Below, in pieces: positions 17,780 through 28,200 of a DNA stretch of 53,177 bases; positions within the stretch are counted from its first letter, which is position 1, and each line of letters starts with the position of its first letter. The DNA is taken from IMG/VR virus record IMGVR_UViG_3300020185_000063, positions 1 through 53,177 of that record; one strand, 5' to 3'. The position numbers were made by a program, and so were the translations under genes. The notes under the pieces were generated by a model. That model was not told the DNA's origin and made no database searches. It saw nothing but the letters and a program-made list of their open reading frames with translations. The DNA comes from a virus (taxonomy: Duplodnaviria; Caudoviricetes).

Positions 17780-20272
17780 TTGGAAATAAATAATAATCCA
17801 AATAAAAAATCTAAAGAAACAGCCTCTCTGAATAGGGAGGCTTTCAAGCATGCAATAGGTATGTTGGAGTCTAGTGGTGGAAAAAAATTAGATAACCCAA
17901 CATCATCTGCAGCAGGTAAGTATCATTTCTTATATAGTTTGATAAAGAAAGATCCTGATATGAAAGGTATTTCGAAACGTCAGTTTATAGGTGATCCAGA
18001 ACTGCAAGAGAAAATTATGGATAAAGCTCTCGATGGAAAATTGGAGGGATTTACATACGGTGAAGGATATGCAAAGAAGCTAATAAATAAATATCAGTCT
18101 GATGCTGACGTTAATGATGTATCAGCTCTTATTCACTTCCTCGGCCCACAAGGGACTGATGATTATCTTAGTAACCCAGATAGCTACGTAGTTCCCGGAA
18201 CAAATTTATCTGGTCAAGAATATGTATCTAAGTTTAGAAAACATTTTGATTCATTTACACCACCTGAGTCTAAGCCTGAACCTATACCTGAACCAAAGAG
18301 ATCTTTGTTTTCAGATAATATGAAAAAGAATTTACCAGTAAGAGAAATGGTAGCAGAGAGTACTTCTATTGCTCAACCTCAAATGAAACAAATACCAAAT
18401 ATTAATCAGTTTCTTGAAGGTGGTCAAATTAGTGGTCAAGTAGGTAGTAAAATAACTGGAGATGCTAGTGATTTGGTTACTATGTTTGAGAATGGTGGTA
18501 GCCACGAACAAAATTCATTAGGTGGTATTCCTCAAGGAACAGGATCTAATGGCAAGCCTAATCTTGTAGAAGAGGGTGAGACTAAATGGAATGATTATAT
18601 CTTCTCTAATGCAATATCACTTGACGGAAGTTACGATATTAGTGGACAAAAAGGAAATGTCTTTAAGGACGGGGGAAAGCTTGGTGGTAAAAAGAAAGGT
18701 AAAACAACATCTGAAAGTAATGAAATTGGACAGTCAAAACCAATGACTAGTGCACTAAGAAACATGCTTCCTTTACCACAGAATGGAGCTCAATTACTTG
18801 CATCACTTGCAAATGAAGATAGCACATATACTACTAAAGATGGTGGTTCAAAGGCAAATGAACACTTATATAGAAGTGTGAGGAATGCAGTAAAGAGAAC
18901 TGGAAAAAATAAAGGTGGAACTGAGTATAAGGATTATAGTCCACAAATAGACAATGATTTAAACTCATTAAGAATGAATGCTGCAGATATGGCATTAGGT
19001 AGTGTATTATCTCCTGAGCTAGAAGCTGCTACAACATACGGAAGAGTATCTTATGATTTTGATCCAAAAACCGGCAATGTAAAAATATACGATACTTATG
19101 ACTTTAATAAGACTCCAGGCGGTAAAGGTGTTTACTCTAATATAAGATCTGCTGCAGGTAATGCAAGTAAGGGAAAATTAGATTCAACTCCAAAGCTAAT
19201 TGGAGAATTCAATATGAATGACGATCCAGATGATGTTAAATTTATGGATGTAGTAAATAATGTGCTTAACCCTATTGACGCATTGGACATTGATTATAGT
19301 TCAATAAAAAAAGCCACTAACAAAGCAAGTGAAGTAGGTAATAAGATATATGATGGAGCGAGTAAGGTGGGTAATGAACTTTATAAAAAAGGTAATAAAC
19401 TTTATAGAAAGGGAAAAGAATTCATCAACTCGTTTGAAGATGGAGGTGAACTGATGACAGGCGGCAAGGATAAGAAAAAAAATACTTCTTCTGAAATGGG
19501 CCCTATAGAACCTGAGTCTGCAAAGTATCCATTAAAGTTTACAAAGACTCAATCTAAGTTTCACAAAAAAGGTAGTGATATGTATGTTGATGATATCCGC
19601 GATAAATACATGGGTTCTACAATTCCGTTCCAGAACACAGTTCCAGAAGGAGAAGTTGATTTTCAAGGAGCAGTTCAAGATGAAAGTGCTAAGGCATTTT
19701 TAGAAAGATATAATAATACTTGGACTCGCAATAAAATGAAGGAGCAAGCAGGATTAACTGATTATGATATTGACAATATGATATTAAGAGGATTGAATGC
19801 TACTAAACAAGTTGGAGGTAATGTGCCAGGATCTAAAGGATCTTATGATTCTAAAGAAAATGTAGTAAAAATGGATCCAGAACATGAACACAATAAAGAT
19901 GCTGAGACTCACGAAAGAGTACATGCTTCAGGATTTGATGCAGCTCAAGGATTGAATTTACTCAATGTGTTAGGTAATTCATTCCAGCAAGGTGATAGTA
20001 GAAACTTTTTAAAGAAATTCTCTCCTGAAACTTTAAGGTATTTAAATATGCCTCACGAAGCATACGGAAACTTTGTTGAGTTTAGAGAGAAGTTGGGATT
20101 AAAACCTGGTCAAAAAATAACTCCAAAAAAGTTAAAGAAATTAGTAAAAGAAAAAGATGCTACTATGGAAAATTTCTATCGAGCATTTAATGATGAAAAT
20201 ATAACAGAAGCACTAAACACTATTGCTATGCAAGACAATGGCAATAGTATTAACGATTATAAAATAGCATAA
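17780..20272 (+). CDS. modular cargo protein: lysozyme/SLT-like N-domain, GGSHE module, C-terminal HExxH zincin-like domain
   Basis: AIGMLESSGG...SSAAGKYHF; ENGGSHEQN-x-LGG; ETHERVH...E; TTG start. Confidence 0.6.
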   Translation: MEINNNPNKKSKETASLNREAFKHAIGMLESSGGKKLDNPTSSAAGKYHFLYSLIKKDPDMKGISKRQFIGDPELQEKIMDKALDGKLEGFTYGEGYAKKLINKYQSDADVNDVSALIHFLGPQGTDDYLSNPDSYVVPGTNLSGQEYVSKFRKHFDSFTPPESKPEPIPEPKRSLFSDNMKKNLPVREMVAESTSIAQPQMKQIPNINQFLEGGQISGQVGSKITGDASDLVTMFENGGSHEQNSLGGIPQGTGSNGKPNLVEEGETKWNDYIFSNAISLDGSYDISGQKGNVFKDGGKLGGKKKGKTTSESNEIGQSKPMTSALRNMLPLPQNGAQLLASLANEDSTYTTKDGGSKANEHLYRSVRNAVKRTGKNKGGTEYKDYSPQIDNDLNSLRMNAADMALGSVLSPELEAATTYGRVSYDFDPKTGNVKIYDTYDFNKTPGGKGVYSNIRSAAGNASKGKLDSTPKLIGEFNMNDDPDDVKFMDVVNNVLNPIDALDIDYSSIKKATNKASEVGNKIYDGASKVGNELYKKGNKLYRKGKEFINSFEDGGELMTGGKDKKKNTSSEMGPIEPESAKYPLKFTKTQSKFHKKGSDMYVDDIRDKYMGSTIPFQNTVPEGEVDFQGAVQDESAKAFLERYNNTWTRNKMKEQAGLTDYDIDNMILRGLNATKQVGGNVPGSKGSYDSKENVVKMDPEHEHNKDAETHERVHASGFDAAQGLNLLNVLGNSFQQGDSRNFLKKFSPETLRYLNMPHEAYGNFVEFREKLGLKPGQKITPKKLKKLVKEKDATMENFYRAFNDENITEALNTIAMQDNGNSINDYKIA

Positions 20273-20273
20273 C

Positions 20274-22970
20274 ATGGATATTATATCTAAATTTAATCTA
20301 CCTAAATATATTAAAGGAAAATCCTTTGCAGAAGCTAGTTCTGTAATAGCTAAGAAATTTGAAAATAGGAATAGTCCAGAGGATGTTGCTACTTTAAATG
20401 AACTTCAGTCAAGATTACAGCAGGCTCAAGAATATGTTAAGGCAGAACAAGAGAAAAAGACTAAACCTAGTAAGGCGGCACAGAGCATTTCTTCCCCCGA
20501 AGGAATGGGAGGTGCAGAGCCGTCAGGCTCTGAGCTTGCGTCCAACCCTAACAATCAATATGCTTTAGGTGGATTACTTGGTATGTTAGGAGGAGCTGGA
20601 GCTGGAGCAGGTGCGGCTGCTGGAGCTGCTGGAGCAGGAGCTGCAGGAGCTATATCTGGAGGTGCTGGTGCGGCTGGTGCAGCAGGTGCGGCTAGTAAAA
20701 TACCAGGTATAGGAAGCGTTATAGGTGCGGCTGGTACTGCATTAGACCTAGCTAATACTGCATTTGGCAAACCAAACGTTGATACTACTGGTGCGACTCC
20801 ACCACCAGAGATGCCATCTCAAGGAGCTATGGCTGCTCAAGGTGCTATGAAAGGCATGTCTGCAGGAGCAAGTTTTGGTCCTATCGGTGCAGGTGTAGGT
20901 GCCATTGTAGGAGGTGCAGCCGGATTAATAGGTGGTAAAAAAGGAAAAGATGCTGAAGCTAAAGCTAGTTATGAATACACATCTAAGTTACACAATGACG
21001 CTAGTAATAGTTATAGAACAGGTGGTCCATTAGGATCAGGCATTGGATCTCTTGTAAATATGTTTGTTGAATCTCAAGAAGGAGATGTCCCTGATTTATC
21101 AGCAGTAATGGATAACAAGACAAACTTAATGAGAGATACTGAAGGTATAGATGTTACTGGGATAAGAAAGAAGAACCAACAGTTTGAAGAGATGGGATTA
21201 GATAGTGATTCTATTGATGCCATGGAGCTTGAAGATGAGACTGCTGAATTAACTGAGTTTGCTGATTCACTTGATGATGGAAGCAAAAGTGCAAATACTA
21301 ATACATCTAAAAATACAAATACAAAAAAAGGTGGATTTAATCCTGCTGAACTTTTAAGATACGCACCTGCGGCTATGAATATAGGTCAACTTGCAGGTTT
21401 AAAGAAACCAGAGCAAATAGCATTAGCTAGACTTGGAAACAAGTATGAGAAGCAATTGGTTGATGAGAAAGGATTACAGAACACTGTTCAAGGATCTGTA
21501 AACAATATGAGAGATGCTATTACAAATGCTTCTGGTGGAGATGCTGGTGGAACTAGAGCTAGTTTACTTGCTTCTCAATTACAAGGAACTAAAGCATTAT
21601 CTAGTGCTTATCAACAAGCAACAGAAGCTAACAGAAATGAGAGTAGAAGAGAACAAGAATTTGACTTAGGTGTAGATAGACAAAATTTACAGCAAGGTAA
21701 CCTTGAAACTAATTTAAACTTAGAGCAAGAGGCTGCTTATCAAACTAACAAATCAAAATTATTATCTCAGATAGGTGATAATCTAGGTGATGTTGGTAGA
21801 GAAGAGATGTTTAAGAAGTATCCTGAACTGATAGGTCTTGGTTATGATTCAAAAGGTAATCCAATAAACAGAAGACCTGCTTCTCAAAGAAGTGCAAATA
21901 CTAGTGCTGACACTCCAAATCAAATAGATCCTAATCAAAACAATGAAGATGTTTCATTTAATGAAGTTGTTGACGAGAATTATAATGATATGATTAATAC
22001 TATCGATGAATTCTACTCTGACGGAACTCTTAAAAAAAAAAAAGAAAATCCGGAACTAGAAGGAATTAATCAACCTGAAACAACTAATGAGGGAAGTCCA
22101 AATGATAACACTATCACTTTGACTCAAGAAGAATTAGATGGGCCTGATACAGAAACAGCAGGTGAGTTTCAAGAAATAGGAGGAGATGATTCAGCTCAAA
22201 ACACGCTGTATGATGACATGCTTAAAACACTTGAAAGTGATGTAAATAAAGCAACTGTGGGTGGAGTAAAAGCAGAACCAGTTGAGGCAGTAGTTTCAAA
22301 TGAAGCATCACCTAAAGAAAAAATAAAAGCTAAAGAGATTGTACAAAAAGAATTAGACAATCCAGAAAAAGCTAAAGAAACTATTGACAATATAGTAGAG
22401 AAAGAAGATGACACAATCTCGAAAAATCCTCTTAACATTGCCAATAAGTATTTAGGATTTGATGAAACTAATATTGAGCATCAGAATACAATCAAAGGAT
22501 TCTTGGATCAAGCTGTTCCTGGATTTGTTAAAAATAAATCTGATGTAGCAAAAGACTCAAGTGCTTGGTGTGCAGCCTTTGTTAATAGCATAATTAAAGA
22601 AGGTAGTTTCGAAGACTTGAATGATGAAGGTGACAAGTACAATTTAATTAGAGCTAAGGCTTATCAAAAGATAGGTAGTGATGTAGGAGGAATAGATGTA
22701 GCAAAGCCTGGTGATGTGGTTGTAGTTAGAAGTAAAGATTCTATGGGATACCATGTTGCTTTTTACTCAGGAAGAAAAAATGGAAGACACCTAATGTTAG
22801 GTGGAAACCAAAACAATAGAGTTAGTGTAAAAGAGATAGATGAAGATTTACTCGACATTGTTTCTGTAAGAAGATTGAATGGTATTCAGGACATCAAAAC
22901 AGCTAACTTAGAAAAAATAATTAATACAGAATTTTATGATACTGCTGATAAAGAAGCAGTAATTAGATAA
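20274..22970 (+). CDS. cargo protein with glycine-zipper membrane segment and C-terminal TIGR02594/NlpC-P60-like peptidoglycan hydrolase
   Basis: GASFGPIGAGVGAIVGGAAGLIGG zipper; AWCAAFVN...PGDVVV...HVAF...LGGNQ motifs. Confidence 0.7.
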   Translation: MDIISKFNLPKYIKGKSFAEASSVIAKKFENRNSPEDVATLNELQSRLQQAQEYVKAEQEKKTKPSKAAQSISSPEGMGGAEPSGSELASNPNNQYALGGLLGMLGGAGAGAGAAAGAAGAGAAGAISGGAGAAGAAGAASKIPGIGSVIGAAGTALDLANTAFGKPNVDTTGATPPPEMPSQGAMAAQGAMKGMSAGASFGPIGAGVGAIVGGAAGLIGGKKGKDAEAKASYEYTSKLHNDASNSYRTGGPLGSGIGSLVNMFVESQEGDVPDLSAVMDNKTNLMRDTEGIDVTGIRKKNQQFEEMGLDSDSIDAMELEDETAELTEFADSLDDGSKSANTNTSKNTNTKKGGFNPAELLRYAPAAMNIGQLAGLKKPEQIALARLGNKYEKQLVDEKGLQNTVQGSVNNMRDAITNASGGDAGGTRASLLASQLQGTKALSSAYQQATEANRNESRREQEFDLGVDRQNLQQGNLETNLNLEQEAAYQTNKSKLLSQIGDNLGDVGREEMFKKYPELIGLGYDSKGNPINRRPASQRSANTSADTPNQIDPNQNNEDVSFNEVVDENYNDMINTIDEFYSDGTLKKKKENPELEGINQPETTNEGSPNDNTITLTQEELDGPDTETAGEFQEIGGDDSAQNTLYDDMLKTLESDVNKATVGGVKAEPVEAVVSNEASPKEKIKAKEIVQKELDNPEKAKETIDNIVEKEDDTISKNPLNIANKYLGFDETNIEHQNTIKGFLDQAVPGFVKNKSDVAKDSSAWCAAFVNSIIKEGSFEDLNDEGDKYNLIRAKAYQKIGSDVGGIDVAKPGDVVVVRSKDSMGYHVAFYSGRKNGRHLMLGGNQNNRVSVKEIDEDLLDIVSVRRLNGIQDIKTANLEKIINTEFYDTADKEAVIR
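22032..22043 (+). repeat. A12 homopolymer inside CDS
   Basis: CTT AAA AAA AAA AAA GAA (LKKKKE). Confidence 0.9.
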
Positions 22971-22992
22971 AAATTTATATATTTACAATATT

Positions 22993-25266
22993 ATGGCAGG
23001 ACGTACAGCAGACATATCAACATCATCATTTAAACCACTATCTCTCGATGAGATTATGATGGTTCCTTTAGCTAAGCAAAAGCAAGAGGATCAGCTATTG
23101 GCAGATGCAGACAAGTTTAATCAATTGCAAGCTGATGTCTTATCTGGAGATAAGGAAAAAGCTGAGGGTATAATTAATCAATATAAGAGCCAAGCATCTA
23201 GCTTAGCTGATGAGATTATATCCAAAGGTGTTGATAGAGAACAATTTCATAAGCTAAGAGGATTGAAATCTAAATTAGCTAATGAATACTCTACTGGATT
23301 TTTAGGAGTTGCTGGTGCAAACAAAAAATCAGCAGCAGAGTACTTGAAAAGAATGAAAACTCAAGATGGTCGTCAAGGATGGTCTGCACAAGAAGCAAAT
23401 GATTTTGTTAACAAGCAGATTTCAGGATTCTCAAGCATGGATGAAAATGGAGATTTCAAATCATTTAATGGAAGAGAATTAGCTAAGTGGCAAGATGAAG
23501 ATAAATTCATTGATGCCGCGGCTGACAGAGTTAAAGGTAGTATTTCAAGTAAATCATATCAAGCTATTAAGGTTGGTGGTCTTCCTGAATTTTATAATGC
23601 TGTAAGAGATAATGAAATTAGTGGAGCTGATTTTAACACAGTGATGGCATCTATAAAGTCATCAACTGAAACAAGCCCTGAAATGCTTGCACACTTGAAA
23701 CAACGTGCAGAATTTACTGAGGAAGAAAACTGGAATGACTTTGGTGAGTTTAGAAATGTCGACATCAAACAACCTGATGGAACTACTAAAAAAGTATATA
23801 CATACGTACCTGGTAAATCAAGGTACGCTCAAAAAATGCTAGGTATCGGTAAAGCTAAGTCATCTAAGACATTAAAAATTAGTGACAAGTTTGTCAAAAA
23901 TGATGTCATGTTTCAAATGTGGAAAAATAATTTTGATGAGCAACAACTTGTTAAAATGTATAAGATTCAAACTGGAGAATACTTAGACTTAAAGCCTAAA
24001 GATTTAGTTGAGATGAGAGACCTTAATGCTAGTCTTAGTGTTGGGGTAACTGAGTATGAAGGAAGGATGAAAGAGTTAGAAACACAGCTACTTAACGAAG
24101 GTGTTGATCCGGAAAATATAAAATCACATCCACAGTACTTACCAATGCTTAATGATTACACTCAAGCAAAAACTGACTTAACTAATTCTCAAAATTATAT
24201 TAAACAACTAGAAACTAGTGCTTATGAAAGACTAGATGATAACGGAAAGTCTTGGATCAATGCTAAGAAAATATATGACCAATATAACGGAGATGCAGTA
24301 GAGGCTGTTCACGCTGAATATGGAATAGATCCATCGACACTTGTAGAAGGTTATAATTTCCCTAATACCGAAAGAGGTGAGGCTAGCAAACAAGAAATGA
24401 TTAGAGAAAGGTCTGAAAGATATTTAGCTAAGGAAAATGGTGTAGAAATTCCAACAAACATCTCTGTATTTGATTTTGACAGTAAATATGAGAATACTGC
24501 TGAGAAAATGGATGATCTTATCATGGAAGATATGGAAGCTAACAAAAAAGGTGTTGCTTATACGAAAGTAAACATGCCTAAGACTGGTAAATACTCAAGC
24601 TCTAAGTATAGAACATTTACAGATTTAAGCGAAGAGTTTTTAGACCCAAAAACTGTTACTGTATTAGGGCAGGATAAAATGTCTATAAATGAATACATTG
24701 AAACTGGTGAATTTAAAGATGCTATTGGCGGTTCTGTAAATGCAAAAGAAGGTTTTGAATTTAAAAAATCATTTACTATTGATGGATTCACTGACAAAGG
24801 TGTTCCTTTCGATGAAGTTATTATAAGGAGTAAAGTTGATCCAACAAAACAAGTTATAATTCAAGTTCGTTCTGAAGATTATTCAATGAAAAAAGAACTA
24901 TTTGAATCACTAGTTGCTTCAGGAGATCCAAAACAAAGAATGGAAGGTGAGAAAGGATTGGCGAGCCAATTGTTTATGTCATCTATCAAACAGTCAAACA
25001 TGAGGTATCAAAATGAGGGAACAATGTATGTATCTCTTCCGGGAATGGGAAAAGATGGAGGTACACTCAAAACAAATGAAGTTACATATACAAGAAACAA
25101 AAATAAAGATGGTTCGATTGATTACAGCGTGTCATTGTTTGGAGAGCCTGTTGATTATAAAGGTGTTTATAATTTAAAAGGAGAAGCAGAAGTTGCATAC
25201 GCTTTAAAAGAAAAATACGAAGAGATACTTGAAGAAGTTTCTAATATTGAAGACACTGAAGAATAA
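22993..25266 (+). CDS. cargo / internal virion protein
   Basis: FKPLSLDEIMMVP N-terminus; helical, cysteine-free; within the cargo cluster. Confidence 0.55.
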   Translation: MAGRTADISTSSFKPLSLDEIMMVPLAKQKQEDQLLADADKFNQLQADVLSGDKEKAEGIINQYKSQASSLADEIISKGVDREQFHKLRGLKSKLANEYSTGFLGVAGANKKSAAEYLKRMKTQDGRQGWSAQEANDFVNKQISGFSSMDENGDFKSFNGRELAKWQDEDKFIDAAADRVKGSISSKSYQAIKVGGLPEFYNAVRDNEISGADFNTVMASIKSSTETSPEMLAHLKQRAEFTEEENWNDFGEFRNVDIKQPDGTTKKVYTYVPGKSRYAQKMLGIGKAKSSKTLKISDKFVKNDVMFQMWKNNFDEQQLVKMYKIQTGEYLDLKPKDLVEMRDLNASLSVGVTEYEGRMKELETQLLNEGVDPENIKSHPQYLPMLNDYTQAKTDLTNSQNYIKQLETSAYERLDDNGKSWINAKKIYDQYNGDAVEAVHAEYGIDPSTLVEGYNFPNTERGEASKQEMIRERSERYLAKENGVEIPTNISVFDFDSKYENTAEKMDDLIMEDMEANKKGVAYTKVNMPKTGKYSSSKYRTFTDLSEEFLDPKTVTVLGQDKMSINEYIETGEFKDAIGGSVNAKEGFEFKKSFTIDGFTDKGVPFDEVIIRSKVDPTKQVIIQVRSEDYSMKKELFESLVASGDPKQRMEGEKGLASQLFMSSIKQSNMRYQNEGTMYVSLPGMGKDGGTLKTNEVTYTRNKNKDGSIDYSVSLFGEPVDYKGVYNLKGEAEVAYALKEKYEEILEEVSNIEDTEE

Positions 25267-28200
25267 TGGAAGGAGAAAACGATATAAATTTAGTTGACAG
25301 TCAAGGTGCAGAAGACACAAAAACTGTATCTACTGAAGCAGAAGGTAACACATTAGGTAATTCTGTACCTACTACTGAGACAGAAGATAAGCCTGTTTCT
25401 AGGTGGAGAGATGTAGCTAAGAAGATTAAAAATGGAGAAATAGGAAACGAAGCTCCAATTGAAAGAATCTATGATAAAGTTATTGATGTTAATCTTGATG
25501 ATTATAGGGATTACTTAGGTCCGGATATTTTAAAACCAGACGATCAAGGGGTAGAATTCCTTAACAAAAGAAGAGCTGATGCTCAGTCAATTTACGAGCA
25601 AGCTGGTAACTTTTTAGGTCAAGCTGTTGTAGGGGAAATTATTGGTGGTACTATCGAAGGATTAGGATATATGTTAGATTTAGGATCTATCGTAGATTTG
25701 ATGAAAGGTGAAGAAGTAGAATGGGGTAACTTTATGACTGAATTTGGTCAGAGTATTCGCGAAGGAACTGAAGAAAAATTAAGAATTTATGAAGATCCAT
25801 CAGCAACAGGTTGGGGAAAGATGGCTGATTCTGGATGGTGGTTCTCAAATGGTGTATCCGTAGCCTCTACTTTATCTATGCTCATTCCCACAGCAGGAGC
25901 AATGCGAGCAGCATCTTTTGTTGGAAAAGGTATTGGCTTCAGTAAAGGAGCTAAAGCTGTAAGGAAAGCAGTAGGATTAGCTGAGGAGATGGGAACTAAA
26001 GGTAGATGGATGCAGAATGGTATCTCTCAAGCTGTATTATCTAGGAACATTGAGAACTGGATGGAAGCTCATGGCACATTTGAGGATCAGAGAGAATCTA
26101 TGATGCAACAAACTAATCCTGAAACTGGAGAAAAATTTACAGAAGAAGAAGCAACTAGATTTGCTTCTGAGGCTGCTTCTGAGAACTGGAAAAATGGTTG
26201 GGCAATGTTATTGCAGGATATACCACAATACTTGGCGATAGGTAAGGTATTCAATCCTATAACAAGGAAAATGGAGAATGCGTTAGATGTAGCTTCAAAG
26301 AAAGGAGTGTCAGCTAATTTAAAGCCATGGCAACAAAAAGTAGCAGCATCAGGAAAGACTTTTGTGGGAGAAGGAGCAGAAGAAAGTTATCAGTTCTTAA
26401 TCTCGGAAAGAGCAAAGTTAAAAGCAGACCTGGACGCTGGTTTAATTAACCAAGAACAATACGATAAAAAATTATCAGATGCATTCGGAAGTGAGGATAT
26501 GTTAACCTCAGCTTTCTTTGGTGGTCTTGGTGGTAATGTCTTTCAAGGAGCAGGTAAACTAGTTAATAAGTTATTTGAATCTAAGAGTGATAAAGAATAT
26601 CAGCAAGGTTTATCTGAAATGTATAATAAGATGGTAACTGATGATGCCAAGCAAGTGTCTCTTATGTTTAACCATTTGGCTGAAGTTGATCAGAATGGTA
26701 GCCCTATGATGAGAAAAGCTATCATAAATGAAATGATGCTTAACATGACAGGTAAGGCACTAGAGTCTGATAAGTTTTCTCAGTTTTACGAAGCTCTTCA
26801 GAACATTGGTGAAATGTCTGAAGAAGATATTCAAACACTTAACGAGTCTTCTGACAATGAGTTTAGTGCAGATCTAGCAAAAGCATACTTACCAGAAATA
26901 TTAAAGTCTGCAGAAAAGATGCGTGGCATGTACTTAGGTTTTAGAAATAAGTACAATCCAACGACATCTAATAGACTTGCTAGATTAACATTAGAAAATG
27001 AACAATTATCTGAGATCTCAAATAAAAAATCAGATCAAGTCAGCAGTATAAGAAGTAGTATTCCAAATTTAACACTAATAAATAATTATGAGACTCTTGA
27101 ACTACAAGAAACTCAGGATGTTTTATTAGCTAGAAATAGTAGACTTAAAGAACAAATAAAATCTGAAGAGTCTGATACTAAAAAGAAGTTTTTACAATCT
27201 GTATTAGACTTAAACGAAGAGGAATTAAAAGATGCACAGAAAGCGTTAGATCTCGATAAGAAAGCTAGAAGTAAAAAGCAAAAGAGTGCTAAACAATTAG
27301 ATGCATTTGAAGATGCTAATGCAACTGCAACTAAACCACAAAAGATATTATCTAGTACTGAGGAAAAGAAAGCTAAGATACAATACCTAGCTGCCAAAGA
27401 AGATATTATAGAGGCAAGAATTATTCAGGCTGAAGCTGAAGATAGAAAGCTACTTAACAATGAGGATATGGCTTATGCCAAAACTCCTGAAGGTGCAAGA
27501 AAAGCTGAAGAGGTTCAGCTAAATACAATGCTTGATAAAATAGAAAGTATTGAAGACTTAGAGAGTTTAAGTAAGACTATCGAGAATAATACTACACTTA
27601 GTTCTGAAACTAAGAATTCTATTCAGACTAGAGTGAATGAAAAAATTAAAGCAGCAAAAGCTAAAAAAGCTAAAGAGGATCTTGAAGCAAAGCAAGCTAA
27701 GATTAAAGCTGAAAAGAAAAAGGCTGCCAAGAATAAAGCATCTAATCCTAAAGTAGCTCCCAACACGGTAGTTAAGACTCCTGTGGAAGAAGCAGTAGAA
27801 GATGAGAATGCTGGTGAAGAAATTGATTTCGAAGAAAAGAGATTAGAAAAAGATGACGTTGCTATTGAAGTTAAAACTGGTAACGGCAAAACTATTCCTT
27901 TATTTAACTTAGGAAATAAACTGTATAAGAATTGGATTCTTAATGGTAAGAAGAAAACTGGAATGAAAGGAACATACGATGTTTCTAATGAAGGCCCTTG
28001 GAAGAAAGACAAGAACAGTCTTACATCTAAAGCAGTAGCAGATTTTGCTAAAGCTAAAGCTGGTCAAATGGAAATACCACAATCAGTTTATGACAACTTG
28101 CCAATAAAAATTAGTTTTGATGAGAAAGGTAAACTAAATGCATTCTTGCCATCTAAACCAAGTAATAACTCATCTGCAGAATACAAAGAAAGATATGAAA

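Noticed and set aside
20590-20700. GC-rich repetitive DNA as a foreign insertion
   Set aside because: Fully explained by Gly/Ala codons of a low-complexity protein segment
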